From contig JBAZQK010000003.1 of assembly GCA_041645215.1 (NCBI GenBank), forward strand, positions 45,723 through 109,722: DNA of 64,000 nt, read 5' to 3'. Each line of letters starts with the position of its first letter. Position 1 is the stretch's first letter. Source of the stretch: Patescibacteria group bacterium. GTDB taxonomy: Bacteria; Patescibacteriota; Patescibacteriia; Veblenbacterales; UBA10138. Made by a program: the position numbers and the translations under genes. The notes under the pieces were generated by a model. The model had not been told where the DNA came from. It searched no databases and saw nothing but the letters and a program-made list of their open reading frames with translations. Below, one piece after another: positions 25,196 to 34,912 of the stretch.

Positions 25196-27967
25196 CTAAC
25201 CACTACTCTCTATGACTGGCAACCCAAACTTTCTACATTCTTTTTCTCGGTAGATTATTTTCCATTGTTCAACTATTCTGGTAACCGCCTGCTCACTGGT
25301 TTCACCGGCCGCCACGTATTCAGCCGGTGATTTATTAATTGCCGCCAGAGCTGCTTCGTTAAATCTCGGGAGATTCTGCTCCAAGACTTTTTCTAAATTC
25401 GTTAATTTAGCAATTTCTTTCTCTGTTGCCGAAAGCTCACGGCTAAATTTCAGACCATTATATTCAAATACCTCCGCCACCACCTTATCCACAGCAACAA
25501 CTTGTTTCTTATCTTCTGGCGGTGGAGTTGTGTCCACTTGAACCGGCTGAGCAGGAATAGTTTTAACAAACACCGGTTCCACTCTGCCTAGTTTTTTCTT
25601 TGGCTCTTCAACTGTTGGTTTTTCTGCTTCTACCACTTTACCAGGCGTTGGTTTTATTAATCCGCCTTTTTCCAAATAATCTTTAACCTTGCCTTGCGGC
25701 ACGTAACTGGGCGCCAGTTGGTCTAAAATATCTTTAAGACTGACTTCAAGCGGCGTACCATCCAGTGGTTTAACCCACATCGCCCCGCGCACCGGCACGC
25801 CTTGTTTAAGATTTAAAATTTTACTCAAATCCACACTATCGTTTACAGTATTAACCATAAAACTCATCCGTCCTGGGTTATAACTGATTAACCCGTCAAA
25901 ACCATTTACTTTAATAGCGTCATGGCCAGCCTTGAGTCTTTTTTCCCCATCAAAGCCAATCAAATTCACTACCCAGCGCATGGGTTGGCCATTTATTTCC
26001 GTAGTAATTAAAGTGCCTGCTTTAATTAATTCCTCATCAGTTTTTTTAACAGACTTATTCTCCTGACCATTCTTTTTATAAAACCACTCGGCGGCTTGAA
26101 CTATGCTGAAATTTTGATTAGTTGATTGCCTATATAAGTCATATTCAGTTAACTCTTCTCGTGTTAAGGGAGTATCCAAAACTTTTTGATAATCGCCTTC
26201 GTGCCAGCGCCACAGCTTTTTATTATCACCTTTTTCCTCTGCATTGCCAGGTACTGGATTTAATTTACTGTTTAGAAATTCATAAATATCATCAATTTTC
26301 ATGGTGCGATGCAAACCGCGTAAGGTTGACTTGCTGGACAAAAACTGATTAACGTTATTTATCATACCGGCATTATCGTCATCCACGGTTATTTGGGCCA
26401 GGGCGTGGCCGATTTCCGGATTAAATTTTTTGGCCGGGTCAGTTTCAGCTTTGGCTTGACGGCTAAACAGTCCGCTGTCATTCAAAATATTAAAAAGTAC
26501 CAAAGCGGTCGAGGTTTTAAAACCACGCTCGCGTTGATGATTATCTGCTATGATGGTAGTTTGACCAGCTGTATTGACCTTAAACTTTAGGCCTGAAGTA
26601 TAACCCATATCCACCACCACCCCGGGAGGTAAGTCCACACCATGAGGCAAGGCTGTAGCGTTAAGGGCCTTATCCAAACCGGCTTTTTGGAAAAAATACA
26701 AAGCCGCCGCCGCGTCTGTATCAGCATCTTTGCTTAAGTAATATTTATTTTCTTTATCGCCGGGATTTTCTTTACCATACAACCAGCGGCCGCTGTAATA
26801 AAAATCCTGCCACACGCTTTTTAAACCTTCTACCAAAGCTTTACTGACTTCGGTCCAATCAGCTTGGTCTAATTTTTCGTCCAACTTAAAATTAGCCTTT
26901 GCCAACTCGCTGGTTTTCTTAAAGCTGCCCAATTGGGCTGGCAAGATTTTAGATAAAATTCGCGCGGCTGGATTTTCTTTTTTAGCCCGCATATCAACTT
27001 TTTCAAATTTTCCATTTCTAAGGCTATCCTCTAGGGTTTTGTCACCTTTATCAATCAAACTGACCTCATCTTCGGCTAAAAATTCCGCCTCCGCCGGATT
27101 CAAATCACGCAAAAATAACTTCAAGGTTGTCTGCCAGTGAGGGTCTGCCATATAAGCCTTGGCTTCGGGCGCTAATTTGACGTCTTCTGGTTTGCCAAAA
27201 AATTCAGCTTTCATTTGTTCACGCGTCATCCCCTTAACATACATTTGGCATAAAAAACCATAAATCTCACCATCACGTAATGATTTAGGTTTGTCGGCTT
27301 CTTTTTTAACCAAAGGCAAATTTAAGTTTTCAATTATTAATTTGCCTGACTTAATATCACCTAGCAACATCCCGGCAACCACACGGATATAACCACGTAT
27401 TAAATTATTAAAATCGTGGCCTTGTGATTTGTTGTCGTTAACTGGTGATTTTTTACCATCAACCTGTTTCTTTTTGCTATTAAAAAGTCCGGCAGATAAT
27501 CGCGCGTCAAATTCTGGATTTTTAGCCAAGGCTTGTAAATCTTCCCCAGACAACTCCCCGCTTTTTAATTGTTCGGCCAGTCTGTCATAAACTGTTTGTT
27601 TAACTTTTGACTCATCCTCTGCGCTCCGCTTGTGTGGCACTCTTATTTCATCATCAGAATAAAAATAATCCGAACTTTTAAAATTATTAAGTTCAAAAAA
27701 ATGACCGTCAGGTTTACGGCCTGCTTGGTTTTCTGTTGATTTGTCAGAAAACTCTTTTGAACCGGAGTTTAATTCATTGTTTGAATTTGTCTGGTTGTTG
27801 ATTTTAACTTCATTACTACTAACAGAACCATCCAACTTGCCTTCTGGTGGATTTGGCGAATTACCTTGTTCTTTTGGCGGTACTTCATTATTACCAGGAT
27901 TAGATCCGACTTGATTGTTTATAAGGCCCTCAAGTTTATCTCCACCTGGAAAATCTTTTATAAGCAT
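25196..27967 (-). CDS. Large hypothetical protein with a DHH-phosphoesterase-like central domain
   Basis: DADTD, VVVDMG, IIADNH, TSTA motifs in DHH order; ATG 27967 lies just after a consensus promoter. Confidence 0.65.
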   Translation of the reverse strand: MLIKDFPGGDKLEGLINNQVGSNPGNNEVPPKEQGNSPNPPEGKLDGSVSSNEVKINNQTNSNNELNSGSKEFSDKSTENQAGRKPDGHFFELNNFKSSDYFYSDDEIRVPHKRSAEDESKVKQTVYDRLAEQLKSGELSGEDLQALAKNPEFDARLSAGLFNSKKKQVDGKKSPVNDNKSQGHDFNNLIRGYIRVVAGMLLGDIKSGKLIIENLNLPLVKKEADKPKSLRDGEIYGFLCQMYVKGMTREQMKAEFFGKPEDVKLAPEAKAYMADPHWQTTLKLFLRDLNPAEAEFLAEDEVSLIDKGDKTLEDSLRNGKFEKVDMRAKKENPAARILSKILPAQLGSFKKTSELAKANFKLDEKLDQADWTEVSKALVEGLKSVWQDFYYSGRWLYGKENPGDKENKYYLSKDADTDAAAALYFFQKAGLDKALNATALPHGVDLPPGVVVDMGYTSGLKFKVNTAGQTTIIADNHQRERGFKTSTALVLFNILNDSGLFSRQAKAETDPAKKFNPEIGHALAQITVDDDNAGMINNVNQFLSSKSTLRGLHRTMKIDDIYEFLNSKLNPVPGNAEEKGDNKKLWRWHEGDYQKVLDTPLTREELTEYDLYRQSTNQNFSIVQAAEWFYKKNGQENKSVKKTDEELIKAGTLITTEINGQPMRWVVNLIGFDGEKRLKAGHDAIKVNGFDGLISYNPGRMSFMVNTVNDSVDLSKILNLKQGVPVRGAMWVKPLDGTPLEVSLKDILDQLAPSYVPQGKVKDYLEKGGLIKPTPGKVVEAEKPTVEEPKKKLGRVEPVFVKTIPAQPVQVDTTPPPEDKKQVVAVDKVVAEVFEYNGLKFSRELSATEKEIAKLTNLEKVLEQNLPRFNEAALAAINKSPAEYVAAGETSEQAVTRIVEQWKIIYREKECRKFGLPVIESSG

Positions 27968-27973
27968 ATTATA

Positions 27974-28002
27974 ATTATACTTAAAAATGGTACTCATGTC
28001 AA
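27974..28002 (-). promoter_or_regulatory. Perfect consensus sigma70 promoter, likely leaderless transcript
   Basis: TTGACA-17 nt-TATAAT, ATG 6 nt downstream. Confidence 0.8.
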
Positions 28003-28107
28003 GTTTTTTTTAACAGTTTTTTTAACCCATCTTTAGCATTTCATACGTTTCTTCTTGTATCATAAATCTTAAAAGACTACTTAATCAACCTCACAATCTG
28101 ATAATAA

Positions 28108-30579
28108 TCACGCAATAACCTTGATATATTTAGAATCAATATAATTAACAAATGAACTACGGCTCATTGGCCGATTATATGAATCAAAACTACTGTAAGA
28201 AATAAATACTTTACTTTTAGCACGCGTCATCGCCACATAAAAGAGCCGTTTTTCTTCCTCAAGATCACTTGCTTTGTATACAGGGAATTTAGATTCATTC
28301 ATTCCAACAATAAAAACATAATCAAACTCCAAGCCCTTGACTTGATGCACGGTTACAATGGGAATTTTACCCTGATCTAAACCCAAAAAATGTATATCCT
28401 TAACAAGAGAAGAATAATGAATCAATTCTCGGATAACTATATCAGCCGGACGCTCTAAATCATCTCGTTCTTTGAATATAGTAATAAGCGTTTCAATTGA
28501 TTTAAAGCGTTGTTCTTTAGCCGCATCCGTTTCATAATAATTCTTTAATCCAGAATTCTCCCAGATATAGCGAAGCGCGTCGGCCGGCCGTTTTTCTTTT
28601 ACTAATTTTTCCCAATTCCCAATCAAAGAGCTAAGTTGGATAAATTTTTTAAAAAATTCTTTAAAGAGTTTGGCGCGCTGATCCTGATGTTCCTTAAGTT
28701 TATTAACTAAAACACCTAATAAACCAACGGTTGCCGCGACGTCGTCTTTAGCATCATGAGTAGCGGTGGCTAAATTAAGCTTGGTGGCCAAAGTACTTAA
28801 TTTATAATTTTCTGATTCTATAAATCTTTTAGCCAAATCCAAAGTATCATAATATTCTATAATATCAAACTGAATTCCCTGACGCTTGCCGTTCTCTATA
28901 ATCATAGAAATATCAAATGTAATGTTGTGGCCAACCACTATATCCTCGCCAATAAACCGCTTTAATTCCAGTAGCACCTCTTTAGGATCGCGACCATCAC
29001 TTTGCAAAAACTCATCAGTAATACCATGCACCTCTTCGGAAAAACTCACAGGGATTGTATTCTTAAGGTGATAATGAAAATCCCCAGCCGGTTTACCGTT
29101 AATAACTTCGCTGGCGTATATTTGAATAATCTCATCTTTTAACACATTAGTACCAGTGGTTTCAATATCAAGTACAACGATTCTGCCTTTATTATGTCTA
29201 CTAATCAGATTACTAAACGGCTCATCAAAACGATAACTTCTAAAATTAAGGAAATCAGAAACTTTCAAACCAACAGTTGCGCCACGTTCACGAATAGCTT
29301 TTAAAGTCGCAGTACCAATATTGCGCGTAGGCCTTAAAACCAAACGAGAGGTGCTCTCTAAATCAAATTTATTAAAAATAACTTTTAGATAGGCATATAC
29401 ATCTTTTACTTCTTGCCTGCGAAAAAAATCATACTTATCCACGGTAATATGGGCAATATTTTTAGCTTCAAAAACTTCCGCTATTTGGCTAATTAAATAA
29501 TTAGCCCTAGTAAGCACCGCGATTTTTGCTCCAGATTCGGCGTCTCGAAGATTATTTATATTTTCAATAACCCAATCAACCTCTTCGTGCAGATTATGAC
29601 CGCCAAATAATTCAATGCATTTACTATTGCCAGACTCTGGCCGCAGAGATATGATTTTCTTGGTAGCTGACTTTTGTAAACTGGTTAAAAATGACTTAAC
29701 GGCATTTAAGATGGGCGCGCTAAAACGATAATTAATTTCCAAATGCAGCTCCTGAACGGGAGCGAAATGACTGCGAAAAATTTTAGTTATTAAATATGGT
29801 TCCGAACCACGCCAACCGTAAATTGTTTGATCAAGATCGCCAATAAGAGCGATGTTTTTATGAACTTTTGCCAACTCTTTAACCACCAAATATTCAGAAA
29901 GGTGCGTATCCTGAAACTCATCCAACTGAATGAATCTATATCGTTTTGACCATTTATTTTTTACCTTCTCATTGGTATACAAAGTTTTTAAAGTAACAAT
30001 AACCAACTCATTAAAATCGAGGGCATTTTGTTCGCGTAAGGCTGAAATATACTGCTCGCCAATTTTAATTAATACTTCATCCAAGACAATTGGCTTTAAA
30101 TTGCAACCAATCTCTCTCTCCACAAGATTTAGACGATAATCATACAATTGCTCAACTAGATCAAATATTCGTCGGTTATCATTTATGTAAGCGGACGAAA
30201 TCTCAGGATAACGTTCAAGAATATTTTTTATAGACTCTAGTTGGTCAGTATCGTCAAAAATAACAAAATCGGCAGGAATACCAATTTGTTTAGCTTCAAC
30301 TTTAATGAAATAAGCGCAAAAACCGTGAAAGGTCTTTAAGGTTAAGCCATCGAAAATTTCTTTTTTACCTATTCTCTTTTTAATTCTTTCGGCCATTTCC
30401 TCCGCGGCGCGGTTAGTAAAAGTTAAACAAAGAATTTCTTCGGGTTTAATACCAGAATCAAGGGCTGTCATTACACGTTCAGCAAGTACAGTTGTTTTAC
30501 CGGTGCCAACCGGAGCTGAAATTAAATACGCGCCACCGGTGGCGTCAATAATCTTTTTTTGAAGTTCATTAAATTTCAT
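28108..30579 (-). CDS. UvrD/PcrA-family helicase with an inserted DEDDh 3'-5' exonuclease domain
   Basis: APVGTGKT, LTFTNRAA, DEFQDT, GDLDQTIYGWRG, TVHQVKGLEF, EEKRLFYVAMTRAK; insert LDIETTG..GHNITFD..HDAKDD. Confidence 0.9.
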   Translation of the reverse strand: MKFNELQKKIIDATGGAYLISAPVGTGKTTVLAERVMTALDSGIKPEEILCLTFTNRAAEEMAERIKKRIGKKEIFDGLTLKTFHGFCAYFIKVEAKQIGIPADFVIFDDTDQLESIKNILERYPEISSAYINDNRRIFDLVEQLYDYRLNLVEREIGCNLKPIVLDEVLIKIGEQYISALREQNALDFNELVIVTLKTLYTNEKVKNKWSKRYRFIQLDEFQDTHLSEYLVVKELAKVHKNIALIGDLDQTIYGWRGSEPYLITKIFRSHFAPVQELHLEINYRFSAPILNAVKSFLTSLQKSATKKIISLRPESGNSKCIELFGGHNLHEEVDWVIENINNLRDAESGAKIAVLTRANYLISQIAEVFEAKNIAHITVDKYDFFRRQEVKDVYAYLKVIFNKFDLESTSRLVLRPTRNIGTATLKAIRERGATVGLKVSDFLNFRSYRFDEPFSNLISRHNKGRIVVLDIETTGTNVLKDEIIQIYASEVINGKPAGDFHYHLKNTIPVSFSEEVHGITDEFLQSDGRDPKEVLLELKRFIGEDIVVGHNITFDISMIIENGKRQGIQFDIIEYYDTLDLAKRFIESENYKLSTLATKLNLATATHDAKDDVAATVGLLGVLVNKLKEHQDQRAKLFKEFFKKFIQLSSLIGNWEKLVKEKRPADALRYIWENSGLKNYYETDAAKEQRFKSIETLITIFKERDDLERPADIVIRELIHYSSLVKDIHFLGLDQGKIPIVTVHQVKGLEFDYVFIVGMNESKFPVYKASDLEEEKRLFYVAMTRAKSKVFISYSSFDSYNRPMSRSSFVNYIDSKYIKVIA

Positions 30580-30583
30580 AAAT

Positions 30584-30890
30584 ATGAAGCTCCTCGAGCT
30601 GATGGGACAGGAACGTGGGGTATTCCACTGTGGCGCCCGGGGTATCTTCCGCTACCCACCTTCGTCCTCCCAAGGCGGACTACGGCGGGTTATAAAGCCT
30701 AATCTCTCGTGCCCCAGTCCGCCCAAAGCCTACATGCAAAAAAACATATCTCGTCTATTATCCGTACTGCCTTTGGCCCCGACGCCGGCCGGTGGTAGGC
30801 AGAGGTCATCACCCCCAAGGTGACATCCACCCCTCAATGAACGTCGGGGTTTTAAGCGAAGCCCCGCTAAGCGGGGCGAAGGTGGATAAA
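30584..30890. mobile_element. Composite nested palindromic element
   Basis: ATGAAgctcc...ggtggATAAA ends; contains ccttcgtcctcccaaggcggactacggcgg and gccccgctaagcggggc hairpins. Confidence 0.6.
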
Positions 30891-30917
30891 CATTAAGTCG
30901 GTCTTTATATTTTATGG

Positions 30918-31613
30918 CTATTTCTCATTATCCAGCGCTAACCTAAGCAAGAATATTGTTTCGGTCCTAAGTTTTGCGCGGGCCCAGTCTTTCTGACTTT
31001 CAGTCAACAAGTCGCCGAGACCATCGAGAATATGCCGATTATTCATCTTTTCCAGCAAATAAATACACTTGACTAAGACATCTCGGAAAGACATGTTTAA
31101 TCTTTTTTCCACAATCTTTTTATTGATCGGCCAATTATTTTTTGCAAAAAAATACACATCAAAAATATCACGGCTGGTTTTGCCGACTCGTTCATACATA
31201 GCCGTGAGTTTATTGGCAAACATATCTTCCTGAACCATAACCAGCATAGAAATGCCGAGCATTATTTTGAGTTCATATTGAGATCCAAAGTCTCGGCGAT
31301 TTACCTCGATTTTTATGTTTTGGGCTTTTGGATCGTAGGAGAGGACGATAATAAGGTTAAAACGTTTTATCCGCGATTCCTTTATTTCTCCATAGTTTCT
31401 CGCAATTTTTTGTATCTTTTCGAATACGTGGGTTTCTTTAGCTTCATCTAAAAGATCAAAATCAAGGTCTACTGAAATTCGATTGAGGTCATAGATCATA
31501 AATGCGGCGGTGCCGCCCTTAAACCCCAGATGGGAGGCAAGCGCAGTATCAGAATAAATATCCTTAAGGATCTGCAATTGTATTTTTTTATGTATTGAGG
31601 CATCTAACATCAT
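30918..31613 (-). CDS. Type IV TA toxin, AbiEii-family nucleotidyltransferase
   Basis: FKGGTA..RISVDLDF, KIEVN, ANKL, RDIFDVYF. Confidence 0.9.
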   Translation of the reverse strand: MMLDASIHKKIQLQILKDIYSDTALASHLGFKGGTAAFMIYDLNRISVDLDFDLLDEAKETHVFEKIQKIARNYGEIKESRIKRFNLIIVLSYDPKAQNIKIEVNRRDFGSQYELKIMLGISMLVMVQEDMFANKLTAMYERVGKTSRDIFDVYFFAKNNWPINKKIVEKRLNMSFRDVLVKCIYLLEKMNNRHILDGLGDLLTESQKDWARAKLRTETIFLLRLALDNEK

Positions 31614-31877
31614 ATAGTTGCTTGTCCCATTAGATAATTCTTCAGTCTTTGTTTAACATAACGCTTGCCCCACGCGGCTTTAAGATATTTTTCTCCATGA
31701 GTGGCAGCTTGTTGATTTAGACAGGCTTCGTAATAAACCAATGCCAACGGCAAACGGTTCTTTGTGGATACCCTCCCTTCCATCGTTATGCAACTTCAAT
31801 CTATTCTTTAGATCATCGGTATAACCAGTGTATAATTTACTATCTTTTTTAATTCTAAGAACATATGTGTAGTACAT
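31610..31877 (-). pseudogene. Frameshifted GIY-YIG endonuclease
   Basis: MYYTYVL..LYTGYTDDLKNRLKLHNDG, continuing in +1 frame as VSTKNRLPLALVYYEACLNQQAATHGEKYLKAAWGKRYVKQRL. Confidence 0.85.
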
Positions 31878-31883
31878 AAATAT

Positions 31884-32483
31884 CTAACGGGATGAACTCT
31901 TATAATGCTCAAAATACCTATTAACCTTCTTCACCATATTTTTATGGTGATAGATGGGTAATATTTGAAACACCCTATCCCAGTCCAATGAATCCAAGTG
32001 ATCAAAATGATAGTCCTTGCTTACGTAAATCCTGTCCAAAAAAGCCCTTTCCTTGGTAGCAATTGAATAACCGTCTTTATGCTCAATGCCGGTGGTGTTG
32101 CTTAAGACATAATCTTTCATTTTTACAAAAGAAATAGTATGTCCATCAACGGTGATGTCTCGGGTTACATAGGAAGCGACAAAAATCGTTTCGTAGTACT
32201 GAAAGTTAATTCCGGCTCGGGTTAAAACAGTTTCAAAACTGATATATGACGGAGTATATATTCGCGTCGCTAAATCAAAACGACTGTATTTTTTATCTTT
32301 AGCATACAAGCCGCGACGAACCCGAATCAACTTTCCGGATTTTACATAAGAATTTAATCGCACTCGAGCCGCGTTCTCGTTCTCACCACCCCATAACAAA
32401 GTTACATCTTTTGTTGAAAAGATGGTTTTATTGGATCTTAACAAGACCTCTAAAAATTCGCCTTTTTTGGGTTTTTTATCCAT
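31884..32483 (-). CDS. Type IV TA antitoxin, AbiEi-family
   Basis: GKLIRVRRGLY wHTH, PSYISFETVL, IATKERAFLD. Confidence 0.88.
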   Translation of the reverse strand: MDKKPKKGEFLEVLLRSNKTIFSTKDVTLLWGGENENAARVRLNSYVKSGKLIRVRRGLYAKDKKYSRFDLATRIYTPSYISFETVLTRAGINFQYYETIFVASYVTRDITVDGHTISFVKMKDYVLSNTTGIEHKDGYSIATKERAFLDRIYVSKDYHFDHLDSLDWDRVFQILPIYHHKNMVKKVNRYFEHYKSSSR

Positions 32484-32487
32484 TTTT

Positions 32488-32520
32488 TACTGGATGTTAG
32501 GTTTAAACTAACTTCCAGTA
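32488..32520. promoter_or_regulatory. Inverted repeat, likely AbiEi autoregulatory operator
   Basis: TACTGGAtGTTAG...CTAACtTCCAGTA directly upstream of the antitoxin ATG. Confidence 0.6.
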
Positions 32521-32623
32521 CTATTTTATACTGTAATCCAAATAAACACAAGGGTTAAGAGGTAAAAAATTTGCTCTTTATTTACCCTTGAAATCGCCAA
32601 ACCATCCTGATATAGTTAGCTAA

Positions 32624-32990
32624 GTGAAGCTCCACAACCTCATCCAGCCTTCGTTCGCCTTGGGAGGACTACGGCGGAGTAGGCCGGCCGTAATGTCATG
32701 GGATACGTGGGTCAACTAACCGGAACGTTTTTAAAATACAAATAAGACCCAGCTAAGTAGCTGGGTCTTATTTTATGAAACTCCCGACCGCATCCCGCTA
32801 AACGGGACGAAGGCTGGAAGCTACGGGGTATGCAGACAAAGGAGGATAAAAAATTAATCCTCTTGGCGGGCTCGATCCCGCCGCGGCGGAACGATCTTTA
32901 CCCCGTAGTGAGCTGTGCTCTACTACGGGGTTCTCCGTGACCCCGCCTAACTAGCTGGCGCTAGTATTACGGGGCAAGCCGGGAGACTTA
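32624..32990. repeat. Cluster of palindromic elements next to the tRNA-Asp 3' end
   Basis: gtgaagctcc.., atgaaactcc..ggaggataaa (32775-32850), CCCCGTAGT..ACTACGGGG (32901-32930), hairpin 32741-32773. Confidence 0.65.
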
Positions 32991-32999
32991 TATTCAGTG

Positions 33000-33072
33000 C
33001 GGGCTCGACCGGATTCGAACCGGCGATCTTCTCCGTGACAGGGAGACGTGTTAACCGCTACACTACGAGCCC
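33000..33072 (-). tRNA. tRNA-Asp(GTC), CCA not encoded
   Basis: GGGCTCG acceptor stem, anticodon loop CTGTCAC, GGTTCGAATCC T arm. Confidence 0.97.
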
Positions 33073-33248
33073 ACAGTACTCAATTTACGCTTTGACAGAT
33101 TAACACAGATTAAATTTGCTTTCAAGCTGGGGGGTTGGGAGCGATTTGTACCTGCTTATCCTTAACCACCAGCCGTCCCCGCACAAACCGCCCCGTGGAC
33201 GCGGGGCTAAGTCCGCCAAAATGGTTAATACAAAGGGCCTCTTGTATT

Positions 33249-34028
33249 TCATTCCCGCTGGCGACGCCAGTAAAACCACAGACCAGCGCCGGCGGCAATC
33301 GCCAAAACGGCAAACCAAATGCCGGTCCTTAAACCAAAAATAAGCAGTTGTTCATCAATCCGCAACCCTTCCAGCGCTAGCCTTAAAATACCGCTCAAAA
33401 CCAAATACTCGGCCAGTAAACTGCCGGATAAAACCGGTCGGCGTTTCCATAAATAAACAAAAATAAGTACCAGACCAATAGACTCGTACAAAAAAACCGG
33501 ATGAAAATAAACCTGATTCAAATAATCCAAGGGTCGAAACTGGTAACTTATCGGAATGCCCCACGGCAAGCTGGTGGGTAAACCAAAAAGTTCCTGGTTA
33601 AAATAATTACCCCAACGGCCAATCGCCTGCCCCAGGGCCAACGACGGCGCCAATACATCCAACCATTGCCCAAGCGGCTGTTGATTTTTTTTACACCACC
33701 AATAAAGCGCCGCACCGCCGCCGATTAGTCCGCCGTGCCAAGATAATCCCCCTTGCCATATTGCCAGAACACTGGACAGATGATCTTTAAAATACCACCA
33801 TTCAAAAACAAATACATCCACCAAGCGCGCCCCAATTAATCCGCCGACCACCAGCCAAATTATTAAGCCCTCCAACAAATTAACATTGATGTTTAATTTT
33901 TTTAAACGGCGCCGCACTAACCAATAACCCGCGCCCACCGCCACTGCCATTAACAAGCCATACCAATGAAAAGACAAAGGACCAAGAGTAAAAAAGACCG
34001 ATGATGGTAAATAAGTGTGGAGAAACAT
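33249..34028 (-). CDS. lgt: Prolipoprotein diacylglyceryl transferase
   Basis: WYGLL, GARL, GGLSWHGG, GRWGNYFNQELFG, HPVFLYE. Confidence 0.96.
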   Translation of the reverse strand: MFLHTYLPSSVFFTLGPLSFHWYGLLMAVAVGAGYWLVRRRLKKLNINVNLLEGLIIWLVVGGLIGARLVDVFVFEWWYFKDHLSSVLAIWQGGLSWHGGLIGGGAALYWWCKKNQQPLGQWLDVLAPSLALGQAIGRWGNYFNQELFGLPTSLPWGIPISYQFRPLDYLNQVYFHPVFLYESIGLVLIFVYLWKRRPVLSGSLLAEYLVLSGILRLALEGLRIDEQLLIFGLRTGIWFAVLAIAAGAGLWFYWRRQRE

Positions 34029-34209
34029 AAATACAAATCAAAATGCAAATATCAAAAATCAAAATTACATTTACACTTTTCGTGCCCGAGGCAGATCCGC
34101 CTTGGGCGGAGATTTTTAAATTTTAAACTGTATTTATATTCTACATCATTTAACCCAAATAAAAAATCCGCCCGGCTGGATAGTGGGACCGACTTTGACT
34201 GCCAACTAT

Positions 34210-34818
34210 TTATCCCCCAATCAATTTAGCCTGAATTAATTCCTTCAACTTTGTCCAGTCATCAACCTTTTCGCCATTGATAAAAAAAGTTGGCGTACTA
34301 TTCACACCGCGCTTGTCGCCTTCGCGCATATCGTCCCGCACCACACTCGCTTTGGCCCCGCTTAGCAGGCAGGCGGTAAACTTGGTCATATCCAAACTCA
34401 AGTCCTGGGCGTACTTGATAAGGTTACTGCGGGATAAAGCTGGTTGCTGGTCAAACAAAGTATTGTGATAGAGCCAAAATTTTTCCTGGTCATTGGCGCA
34501 CTCGGCGGCCTGGGCGGCTGGAAAAGCGTGAGTATGGATTGTTACCAACGGATAATGCTTATAAACGAATTTTATGCGGTCGCCAAACGTGTTCAACGCC
34601 TCTTTAACAGTAGTCTCGGCGGCCTTACAAGCCGGACACTGAAAATCAGAAAATTCCTCCACGGTTACTTTGGCGCTGTCGCTGCCCAGCGCCGGCCGCG
34701 GCGAATTAATATTGGGGTAAAACGGCTTAGTTTGCGACTGCCAAATCAATAAACCCGCCACTACCACCGCGACGGCGGCCGCGCCAACGCCAATATAAAG
34801 CGATTTGGACATAGACAT
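34210..34818 (-). CDS. DsbA-family thioredoxin oxidoreductase
   Basis: EFSDFQCPAC, STPTFFING, N-terminal TM. Confidence 0.92.
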   Translation of the reverse strand: MSMSKSLYIGVGAAAVAVVVAGLLIWQSQTKPFYPNINSPRPALGSDSAKVTVEEFSDFQCPACKAAETTVKEALNTFGDRIKFVYKHYPLVTIHTHAFPAAQAAECANDQEKFWLYHNTLFDQQPALSRSNLIKYAQDLSLDMTKFTACLLSGAKASVVRDDMREGDKRGVNSTPTFFINGEKVDDWTKLKELIQAKLIGG

Positions 34819-34912
34819 AGCTTTTAATTATGAAACTCCCTCCCGCTGTCCGCCGGCCGGCGGACAGCGGGTCAGAATGACAGCTTATGGGTCAAACGCG
34901 AAAGTCCTAAAA

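Noticed and set aside
11307-28110. Alternative genetic code 25 (TGA = Gly)
   Set aside because: argS and the helicase end at TGA at the expected positions, and conserved genes are uninterrupted in code 11
28700-29200. Intein in the helicase
   Set aside because: The insert has DEDDh exonuclease motifs and no C/S...HN splice junctions
30584-30823. 79-aa ORF as a real gene
   Set aside because: It coincides with a composite palindromic element; the same applies to ORFs 3751-3978, 35734-36117 and 62931-63149
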